Source: Deinococcales bacterium (lineage in GTDB: Bacteria; Deinococcota; Deinococci; Deinococcales; JAAFIG01). Taken from it: a stretch of 11,775 nucleotides of DNA. The DNA lies in contig JANNVX010000110.1 in NCBI GenBank assembly GCA_031414595.1, forward strand, positions 1-11,775, written 5' to 3'. Position 1 is the first letter of the stretch. Each line of letters begins with the position of its first letter. Position numbers and translations under genes: made by a program. The notes beneath the pieces are model-generated. The model made no database searches, was not told the DNA's origin, and saw only the letters and a list, made by a program, of their open reading frames with translations. This document shows positions 1-6,452 of the stretch, in pieces.

Positions 1-49
1 CAAGTTTGAAATGGGGTTGCAAGGCTTGTTGTACAGGTTTATGCTTCAT
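1..49 (-). CDS. 5' fragment of a probable IS4-family transposase (runs off the left edge)
   Basis: Minus-strand ATG at 49 is preceded by GAGGAAGG (SD-like) and reads MKHKPVQQALQPHFKL. From memory this resembles the N-termini of Deinococcus-type IS4 transposases (L..al..hF.lD.RRL). Only 16 codons are visible. Confidence 0.5.
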   Translation of the reverse strand, partial: MKHKPVQQALQPHFKL

Positions 50-50
50 A

Positions 51-84
51 TGGCTACCTTCCTCGTGGTGGAGTGATGTAGCCA
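51..84 (-). promoter_or_regulatory. Hairpin sequestering the RBS of the putative transposase
   Basis: TGGCTAC (51-57) and GTAGCCA (78-84) form a perfect 7-bp inverted repeat with extra internal CTC/GAG pairing. On the minus-strand RNA the 3' side carries GAGGAAGG and ends 1 nt before the ATG. Confidence 0.55.
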
Positions 85-120
85 CTATTCTTACTTTTTA
101 TTGTGAGCGACGTTAAGTAC

Positions 121-1461
121 CTACTTTTGACCAGTAGTTAGATTCATATTATAAAAATTTATAAGATGGAAGAAATTTCTTGTATCTTTAGAGTTAATGA
201 AAAAACTTACCCCTAGGAGATTATTGTCATGCACCATAGCACTATCAATTATTGTATAGAAATTTTTCCCTTGGGTTGAAAACTGAAATGAATCAATAAA
301 ACTTGGCTCATTCGATTTGGCTGAATAAATAAAAGTGTCATTTGCTAAAAATTCATCCAAAGTTGGCGAAAGAATATATGCAATGGTGTTACGAATAAAA
401 CCAGATGTAATAGTTTGGATAGTTAGAAGACTCAAGGCAATTGCAATAGGTAAGGCTCGAGTCAAAATCCAAAACCAATTTAATTTCTTATTCTGAGGTG
501 TAATAGCTTGAGAAGTGGCTTTTTGTTTCTCAAACCCACTTAATAATTTTAGCCGCATTTCTTCTGCGGCAGAATACCTAAACTCCATCCGCAACTCGAG
601 CGCCTTCTCAAGAATATCCCCCAATTCCCTCGAGACTTTCTGCACTGCAATCATGCTCGGCTCAATGCTTGCGCCATTGGCTCGGTCTAAGGCGCTTGGC
701 ACTCGAGAACCCGTCATGGCTTCACAAAATGTAGCCGCCAAAGCATACAAATCTGTGGCTGGGCTAAGCGTTACTTCCGAACCAAACTGCTCGAGTGGGG
801 CGTATTCAGGTGTGGCAATGCGGCTACTGACTTTGGTTCGTTCGCCTTTTCTAAATTCGGTCAAGCTACCAAAATCTATCAGTTCGACTTTGTTGGGTGT
901 AAACATGATATTGGCTGGTTTAATATCACGGTGCAAAAATCCGTGGCTATGCAGTTCTCCTAAGACCTCGAGAATGGTCAGCAGGGCTTGTTTGGTTTCT
1001 TCGGCTGTTAAGAGTTGTCCGTTCTGAATTCGACTCTCGAGGGTTTGCCCATCTAAAAGCTCTAACGCCATGTACGCGGTGCTGTTTTCTTCCCAGTACG
1101 CAAAGAGTTTTGTGGCACTTGGGTGCTTAAGTTTTCGCAGCATTTGTGCTTCGCGGCTTGTTCGGGCTATTGCGCTTTGCATTTCAGCTTGGCTCGAGGT
1201 GCTGACTTGCTTGTTGTAGCCCCTTGAAGCCAGTCCTTCTGGGAAAAGTTCTTTAATTGCCACATACTTTTGTTGCTCGAGGTGCAGTGCTTTGTAGACA
1301 ATACCAAAGCCTCCTCGTCCTAAAACAGATTGAATTTCTAAGGTATTGCCAAAAAGCAGTGTGCCGTTTGGTAATTCATCAGAGCCAAGACTCGAGCCAC
1401 AGGTTACGCATTGTGTGACTTGGTTTGTGTTTTCGGTTTGGCAATAAGGACAAGTCAGCAT
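121..1461 (-). CDS. Hanks-type Ser/Thr protein kinase with N-terminal Zn ribbon, one TM helix and a probably truncated C-terminal domain
   Basis: CPYC...CVTC Zn ribbon; kinase motifs GRGGFGIV, VAIKE, HRDIKPAN, DFG, TPEYAPLEQ and DLYALA; hydrophobic segment NWFWILTRALPIAIALSLLTI. Confidence 0.95.
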   Translation of the reverse strand: MLTCPYCQTENTNQVTQCVTCGSSLGSDELPNGTLLFGNTLEIQSVLGRGGFGIVYKALHLEQQKYVAIKELFPEGLASRGYNKQVSTSSQAEMQSAIARTSREAQMLRKLKHPSATKLFAYWEENSTAYMALELLDGQTLESRIQNGQLLTAEETKQALLTILEVLGELHSHGFLHRDIKPANIMFTPNKVELIDFGSLTEFRKGERTKVSSRIATPEYAPLEQFGSEVTLSPATDLYALAATFCEAMTGSRVPSALDRANGASIEPSMIAVQKVSRELGDILEKALELRMEFRYSAAEEMRLKLLSGFEKQKATSQAITPQNKKLNWFWILTRALPIAIALSLLTIQTITSGFIRNTIAYILSPTLDEFLANDTFIYSAKSNEPSFIDSFQFSTQGKNFYTIIDSAMVHDNNLLGVSFFINSKDTRNFFHLINFYNMNLTTGQK

Positions 1462-1578
1462 GGTTTTTTTTACGAGACAAGTGGGCTTTGGGTTTCACTC
1501 GAGATGATTGCTACGGAATTTTTGGGCAAACTGGAACTGCCAAAGCAGTAGCTATTTTTCAAATAGGGTGTGCATCTT

Positions 1579-1794
1579 TTATCTTTCTCGAACTTGATTC
1601 AAAAATGCCAAGGCTCGAGTGCGACATAACTCTGCATCGGACAATTCAAACGGCTCGAGGGTGACAAACAGCACTTCAAGCGAGTCCCCCAACCAGACGG
1701 CAGCAACTCGCCCACCACAAATGCGTCCAATACTGATTTCGGGCAAGCCAGACAGCACCTCGAGTAGCGCAGCTTCACCAATGGTTTTTAACAT
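1579..1794 (-). CDS. Small hypothetical protein (71 aa) coupled to the ftsB-like gene
   Basis: Its ATG overlaps the upstream stop (TAATG at 1796-1792 on the minus strand). Same strand as its neighbours and fills the gap. No recognisable motif. Confidence 0.6.
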   Translation of the reverse strand: MLKTIGEAALLEVLSGLPEISIGRICGGRVAAVWLGDSLEVLFVTLEPFELSDAELCRTRALAFLNQVRER

Positions 1795-2108
1795 TAACGC
1801 ACCTTTGGCACAATCACGGTTTCGCCACGTTTAACAAAGCCCTGCTTACGTGCCAGACGTTCCAAGTACAGTTTATCTTCACGGGCTTGGGTGGCTCGTT
1901 CTTTTAACAATTTAATCTCGAGTTTGAGGGTATTGATTTTTTCTTGTTCAACACCAGCAGCTTGAGCAGACTCGACATGACGATACAAAGTTAAGCCCGT
2001 CCAGATGGTCAGTTGTACTAAACCAAGTCCCAACAAAAACGTCAACAACAACTGCGGCAAGAAATTCCGCAACGGGCGAGGCGTGGTAATTTTCCCAAGA
2101 TTAGTCAC
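1794..2108 (-). CDS. ftsB: FtsB/DivIC-like septum formation initiator
   Basis: Short N-terminus, single TM helix (LLLTFLLGLGLVQLTIW), coiled coil and C-terminal YLERLARKQGFVKRGE typical of FtsB/DivIC. Start placed at GTG 2108 because an extended -10 lies just upstream; the ORF extends to 2144. Confidence 0.8.
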   Translation of the reverse strand: MTNLGKITTPRPLRNFLPQLLLTFLLGLGLVQLTIWTGLTLYRHVESAQAAGVEQEKINTLKLEIKLLKERATQAREDKLYLERLARKQGFVKRGETVIVPKVR

Positions 2109-2116
2109 TGCTAGGC

Positions 2117-2125
2117 AGTCTAGCA
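2117..2125 (-). promoter_or_regulatory. Extended -10 box (TGcTAGACT) for a probably leaderless ftsB transcript
   Basis: Minus strand reads TGC-TAGACT, 8 nt, then GTG (2108). No SD sequence. Confidence 0.5.
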
Positions 2126-2164
2126 CACTATCGGCATCAAGCAATACGTGGCTGGCAGATTCGT

Positions 2165-3244
2165 TTATTGGGTCACACGATTGAGGACAAATTTTAAGTC
2201 AACCGGGCGTTTATTGCGCCAAACACTGAGGGTTACTGTGTCTCCCGGACGGCGTTTGGCGACTTGTTGAATCACATCGTAACGCCCTTGAACATTGGTG
2301 TTGCCGACCTTAAGAATGATGTCGCCTAAACTGGTGATACGTCCATCGCGGTCGCGCACCGAAGCCCGAAGCCCGGCTCGAGCCGCCGCACCACTCGGGT
2401 CAACCTCCAAGACCAGTGCGCCGCGATTAGAGTTTAAGCCAACACTGGTTAAAGCAAACGGCTCGAGTTCAGCCACATCTTTAAGTTCTGCACCCAGCTT
2501 GCCCCGTTGCGAAACCCCAAACCGCTCGAGGTCGGATAGACTTTGTTGTACCAAAGGCGCGGGAATAGCCAAGCCAATTTTTCCAGTGGCAGTCAGACTA
2601 CTTTCTAAGTTAGCATCCACCACGCCAATCACCAAACCTTTACTGTCCAGCACAGGTCCGCCAGAATTGCCACTTTCGATATTGGCATCGGTCAGCATCA
2701 TCTCAGGGATTTCAATGCCAATTTCATCGGGGAATTCTTCGATGCGATTAAAGCCAGAAACCACGCCAGTCGAAATATTATTGGGTTTGCGTTGCGGACT
2801 GCCTAGCACAATGGCTTTTTGCCCAGGCAAAACTTCGCCGCTCGAGAATTTCAGGACTGTTGGGGCAGTCACCCCTTGGATACTCAGCACCGCAATGTCT
2901 ATACCAATGTCGTAACCTTGGATTTCGGCACGAAAACGCCGTCCATCCCAGAGCTGCACTTGTACGCCAACTGGGTCGTTGTTGACGGCATGGTAATTGG
3001 TGATGATGCGGTTAGAAGTGTAGAAAAAACCGGTTGAGTAAATGTTGGGGTCTTCGCCTTGTGGCACGGCTTCGGGAGCGCTCTTAGAAATAATTGTTAC
3101 AACCCCACGCATATTGCGGGTTTTGACTTCGACATTGTTTATTTCGTCTGGTGTGACCAAACGAGACTGAGCGGCGGTAAAACCAGAGTAATACCCCAAA
3201 CCGATTGCGATTACAAACACCAATAAGACACCAAGTCGCCACAC
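2165..3244 (-). CDS. htrA: HtrA/DegQ-family trypsin-like serine protease with a PDZ domain
   Basis: N-terminal TM/signal segment; catalytic triad motifs TNYHAV, DIAVL and GNSGGP; C-terminal PDZ (SGAAARAGLR...GDIILKV...GDTVTLSVWR). Confidence 0.95.
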   Translation of the reverse strand: MWRLGVLLVFVIAIGLGYYSGFTAAQSRLVTPDEINNVEVKTRNMRGVVTIISKSAPEAVPQGEDPNIYSTGFFYTSNRIITNYHAVNNDPVGVQVQLWDGRRFRAEIQGYDIGIDIAVLSIQGVTAPTVLKFSSGEVLPGQKAIVLGSPQRKPNNISTGVVSGFNRIEEFPDEIGIEIPEMMLTDANIESGNSGGPVLDSKGLVIGVVDANLESSLTATGKIGLAIPAPLVQQSLSDLERFGVSQRGKLGAELKDVAELEPFALTSVGLNSNRGALVLEVDPSGAAARAGLRASVRDRDGRITSLGDIILKVGNTNVQGRYDVIQQVAKRRPGDTVTLSVWRNKRPVDLKFVLNRVTQ

Positions 3245-3250
3245 AAGTCC

Positions 3251-3256
3251 ATTGTA
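3251..3256 (-). promoter_or_regulatory. -10 box TACAAT for leaderless htrA
   Basis: Minus strand reads TACAAT-GGACTT-GTG, a 6-nt spacer to the start codon. No SD sequence. Confidence 0.65.
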
Positions 3257-3361
3257 CTTCTTTGCACAAAAGAAAACACAAAATCAGATGATAAACCCTC
3301 AATCAAGGTATTCTTTGCCTTTGCACATGTTTTTCAGGCTTAAAAGCGCAAAAATAGCAAT

Positions 3362-3715
3362 ATGAAATCATTCATCCTGACCTCCGTTATGCTGCTCACT
3401 TCAAGTTTTGCCAGTTCCCCCCTCGAGAAAACATGGCAGTTGGGTACAACCCAGAGCATCACCTTTGAAGCTGGCAAAGTCAGTGGTTTTGCGGGCTGCA
3501 ACTCATTTTTTGGCACGTACACCCAACAAGGCGCAAATCTGAACTTCTCGAGTATGGGGAGTACCCGCAAAGCCTGCGAGAAAAATATTATGACTAGCGA
3601 AGCCAAATTTTTAAGCTTACTCGAGAAAAACCGACGTTTTTTAATAAGTCAAGATGGAATGCGCTTAACCCTGATAGGTGAAACGATCCTACGTTTTACC
3701 AGCCCCAAACGTTAG
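3362..3715 (+). CDS. Secreted META-domain (HslJ-like) protein
   Basis: Signal peptide ending SFA; META motifs VSGFAGCNSFFGTY, STRKAC and E.KFLSLL. Confidence 0.9.
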   Translation: MKSFILTSVMLLTSSFASSPLEKTWQLGTTQSITFEAGKVSGFAGCNSFFGTYTQQGANLNFSSMGSTRKACEKNIMTSEAKFLSLLEKNRRFLISQDGMRLTLIGETILRFTSPKR

Positions 3716-3718
3716 AAT
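3713..3718 (+). promoter_or_regulatory. -10 box TAGAAT for the leaderless ABC-F gene, overlapping the META stop codon
   Basis: TAGAAT-TGGTAC-ATG(3725), a 6-nt spacer. No SD sequence. Confidence 0.6.
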
Positions 3719-3724
3719 TGGTAC

Positions 3725-5947
3725 ATGCTGCTTCGTGCCATTGATATTCGCCTGAATTATGCTCAAGAAACCATTCTTGGGGGCGTTTCGTTGCTGCTCG
3801 AGAGCAAAAACCGTGTGGCACTGACAGGTCGTAATGGTAGTGGTAAGACTTCTTTACTAAAAATTTTGATGCAGACCCTAAAACCAGATTCGGGTTCACT
3901 CGAGATTTTTAGGCGTTTAGGCTGGCTCGAGCAAGACCCGAATTTTGCGGGTTTGACTGTCCAAGCAGTGATGCAGCAAGCCATGACCCATTTGCAGCAA
4001 CTCGAAGCCCATTTGCGCCTCCTCGAGCAGACTGCCAACATTGGCGAAGAATGGGCAGTCACCCTAGAAGCCTTTGAACAAGCGGGTGGCTATGTGGCAC
4101 AAGCTCGAGCCGAAGCGACTTTAGAAGCCCTCGGTTTGACCGAATTTTTAGACCGCCAAGCCGATTCTTTAAGCGGTGGTGAACGCACCCGACTGGCACT
4201 GGCAGCTGTTCTCATTGCCCAACCCGATGTGCTGCTTTTGGACGAGCCGACCAATCATTTGGATATAGATATGCGAATTTTTCTCGAGAAGCGTCTGCTC
4301 GAATACCACGGCGCAGTGCTGATTGTTTCGCATGACCGACGTTTATTAGACGCAGTTTGCCAAGAAACCCTGCATCTTGAACGCGGGGAGCTAGCCCGAT
4401 ACGCGGGTGGTTATAGTAAATCCCGTGCAGCCCGACTCGAGGCAAGGCGGATTCAAGCCAAGACCGCTCGAATCGGTGGTTTTGAACTGCGCCGCTTACG
4501 CAGTGCGGCTAAAACTGTGGCGGCTTGGGGAGTGAACAATGCTAAATTAGCCCGTCGTGCCAAAGCCTTGGCTTCTCGAGCCGAGCGTTTAACTGTCGTG
4601 GATGCACCTATTAAAGAACGGGTTTTAAGAATGCAGCTACAAAGCAACGAGCCAAAAGCCAAATTGGTCTTAAGAGCCGAACGAATCAGTAAAACATATG
4701 GTCAACGAAACATTCTTACTAAAGCTGATTTAAGACTTCGGACTGGTGACAGAGTAGCGCTGCTGGCTAAAAATGGGGCGGGTAAAACCACGCTGCTTAG
4801 AATCCTGCTTGGCGAACTACCCCCAGATATTCCCGACCCACTCGAGCCTCCCGAAGTGCGTTATGCCGATGGTGTGACTGTAGCTTACTTTGACCAGAAT
4901 TATCACGGCTTAAATCAAAAAGAACCAGTGCTAGACCAACTTAGCGCTCGAGTCGGTACAAGAAGTGCAGTTGCTTTGCTTGGGCGGTACGGTTTTCCCC
5001 CAGAAATGCAGTCTCGAATACCCAGTACCTTATCGGGTGGTGAACGCGCTCGGGCTGGACTGGCTTTAATTGCTGCTACTCGAGCCGATGTGATGATACT
5101 AGACGAACCAACCAATCACTTAGACGTAGAAACCTTAGAAGCCTTAGAAGAAGCCATTTTAGGGTATCCGGGCAGTGTTTTATTTGTCACCCATGACCGC
5201 AGTTTTGCCAAAGCGGTGGCGACTCGGGTGATGACCATAGATAATGGGCAACTGCTCGAGTTTGAACAAGGCTTTGGCGGTTTTGAAAAATTCCGTAAGG
5301 GCGAACGCCGCACCCTAGACCCAGCCAGATTGTTAGAAGGCGAAAACCCACCACCACCGCCCAAAACCTACACCCCAGAACAACAATTGCAATTACTCGA
5401 GGAGCGAGATGTAGAACTCGAGGACTTATTTTTGCACCGTGGTTTAACCGAACGCGAATGGCAACGTTACCGCATCGAAGCCCGAGCCATTTTAGAGCGC
5501 CTGTGTGAGCTTCACGCCGACCGTTACGCCATGCCAAGCGAATATGACCACGCCATGACCATTCGCCCACTCGAGATTCGAGCAGTAAGCGACGAGACGG
5601 GTTTAGCATGGCAATTCTGGGCAAAAAATTCGGCTGGTTGCCCAACCTTACACGGGGTTCTCGAGCAGCAGACCCTAACTTTAAGCTGGCAAGGAGAAAC
5701 AAAGGTTGCCCTGCCGTGGTTTACCAAAGCTGTCCTGCGCGGTGCAGTTAGCCTAGGCTTTGAGCGCCTAGGCTGTAAAAATATAATTCTGCCAGAAGTC
5801 CTCGAGCCATTTAACAATCAAATCTCAAGTCTCGAGTACGCTGTAAAATTGGGTTTAATGCGCCTACTAGCCAAACGCAAGCGCCACAGAAAACCACGTC
5901 CCACATTAACCGTAGGGGCGGGGCTTGCTTCATATACTCCGACTTAA
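3725..5947 (+). CDS. ABC-F family ribosome-associated ATPase with a long C-terminal extension
   Basis: Two NBDs: GRNGSGKT/LSGGE/LLLDEPTNHLD/SHDR and AKNGAGKT/LSGGE/ILDEPTNHLD/THDR. Basic helical interdomain linker and no TM segments. The last 11 codons lie inside the REP/MITE insertion. Confidence 0.93.
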   Translation: MLLRAIDIRLNYAQETILGGVSLLLESKNRVALTGRNGSGKTSLLKILMQTLKPDSGSLEIFRRLGWLEQDPNFAGLTVQAVMQQAMTHLQQLEAHLRLLEQTANIGEEWAVTLEAFEQAGGYVAQARAEATLEALGLTEFLDRQADSLSGGERTRLALAAVLIAQPDVLLLDEPTNHLDIDMRIFLEKRLLEYHGAVLIVSHDRRLLDAVCQETLHLERGELARYAGGYSKSRAARLEARRIQAKTARIGGFELRRLRSAAKTVAAWGVNNAKLARRAKALASRAERLTVVDAPIKERVLRMQLQSNEPKAKLVLRAERISKTYGQRNILTKADLRLRTGDRVALLAKNGAGKTTLLRILLGELPPDIPDPLEPPEVRYADGVTVAYFDQNYHGLNQKEPVLDQLSARVGTRSAVALLGRYGFPPEMQSRIPSTLSGGERARAGLALIAATRADVMILDEPTNHLDVETLEALEEAILGYPGSVLFVTHDRSFAKAVATRVMTIDNGQLLEFEQGFGGFEKFRKGERRTLDPARLLEGENPPPPPKTYTPEQQLQLLEERDVELEDLFLHRGLTEREWQRYRIEARAILERLCELHADRYAMPSEYDHAMTIRPLEIRAVSDETGLAWQFWAKNSAGCPTLHGVLEQQTLTLSWQGETKVALPWFTKAVLRGAVSLGFERLGCKNIILPEVLEPFNNQISSLEYAVKLGLMRLLAKRKRHRKPRPTLTVGAGLASYTPT

Positions 5948-6233
5948 TCGTTTTTGCTGTTTGTAACAACAAATCTTATGTTCCAATTCGTGACTTCGCA
6001 CTAGGTTTTTGTCCTCCCCGCGAAGCAGGGGAGGTGGCAAGCGAAGCGCGTCGGAGGGGTCTCGCACAGCGTCTCTTCGTTTCCGCGCCGCAGACCCCTC
6101 CGTCACTCGTTGCACTTCTTGACCACAAAAGCAGCACCTTCGGGCTTGGGTCGCTCGTGCCACCTCCCACCTGTCTAACGACAGGGGAGGACTTTTTCGC
6201 GCTGCACACGTTTTTCTTGATTAAGTCGGAGTA
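5935..6233. mobile_element. 299-bp non-autonomous MITE with 15-bp TIRs and a 4-bp CATA target duplication
   Basis: TACTCCGACTTAATC (5935-5949) and GATTAAGTCGGAGTA (6219-6233) form a perfect inverted repeat. CATA flanks both sides directly (5931-5934 and 6234-6237). No transposase ORF inside. Confidence 0.85.
6011..6192. repeat. GC-rich multi-stem palindromic element (CCTCCCC...GGGGAGG type) inside the MITE
   Basis: Nested inverted repeats: GTCCTCCCC 6011-6019 with GGGGAGGAC 6184-6192; GGGAGGTGGCA 6029-6039 with TGCCACCTCCC 6158-6168; CGGAGGGGTCT 6052-6062 with AGACCCCTCCG 6092-6102. Also two GCGAAGC mini-hairpins (6020-6026 and 6041-6047). Confidence 0.8.
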
Positions 6234-6267
6234 CATAACACAGGGGTTCGCCCCTACGAAAAACCTT

Positions 6268-6393
6268 TTAACTGTATCCTTGCCCGAAACAAAACTCACC
6301 TCACCTGAACCCCCTGTAAAACCCCCAAGCCCCCTGCTCGAGACCAGCAAAAAACGGCGACGGCGTAAGCGCAAAAAGGTCATTACAGTGTGA
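6268..6393 (+). pseudogene. Probable detached original C-terminal tail of the ABC-F gene
   Basis: Reads LTVSLPETKLTSPEPPVKPPSPLLETSKKRRRRKRKKVITV*. It has no convincing start of its own and matches the composition of the ABC-F end (KRKRHRKPRPTLT). It joins in frame through TTAACCGTA (5906-5914) and TTAACTGTA (6268-6276). Confidence 0.5.
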
Positions 6394-6414
6394 GAAACGC
6401 TACATATCCGATTT

Positions 6415-6430
6415 TGTCACGCACCTGACA
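6415..6430. promoter_or_regulatory. Palindromic operator-like site TGTCA-N6-TGACA
   Basis: TGTCA-CGCACC-TGACA with T- and A-rich flanks, covering the expected -35 region of the DUF2207 promoter. Confidence 0.45.
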
Positions 6431-6439
6431 TAAATTCTG

Positions 6440-6445
6440 TACAAT
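6440..6445 (+). promoter_or_regulatory. -10 box TACAAT for the leaderless DUF2207 gene
   Basis: TACAAT-GAGAGTT-ATG(6453). The ORF-track ATG at 6444 lies within the -10 box, so the real start is probably 6453. Confidence 0.6.
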
Positions 6446-6452
6446 GAGAGTT

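Larger units (their letters stand above)
1..123 (-). mobile_element. Probable left end of an IS4-family (ISAba1/IS10-like) element
   Basis: The minus strand reads TAGGTACTTAACG from 123, loosely matching the GTACnnGAC core of ISAba1-type terminal repeats. An RBS-sequestering hairpin and a transposase-like start follow. The partner IR is outside the window. Confidence 0.45.
5911..6258. repeat. Outer pair of inverted GTAG-type REP-like arms
   Basis: CGTAGGGGCG (5911-5920) and CGCCCCTACG (6249-6258) are perfect reverse complements. GTAG followed by a GGGCG stem is the signature of RAYT-associated GTAG REPs. Both inner arms look truncated. Confidence 0.7.

Noticed and set aside
3260-3327. Direct repeat CTTTGCACA (3260-3268 and 3319-3327) in the htrA/META divergent region
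   Set aside because: Only two 9-bp copies in AT-rich DNA with no other support.
5900-6300. CRISPR array, tRNA or riboswitch in the structured region
   Set aside because: No regularly spaced direct repeats, no cloverleaf and no recognisable riboswitch consensus. Nested inverted repeats explain the structure.
5930-6393. ORFs 5930-6163(-), 5976-6383(-) and 6034-6393(+) as real genes
   Set aside because: They mostly translate palindromic MITE/REP DNA and have no convincing start signals. Only 6268-6393 looks like coding sequence.
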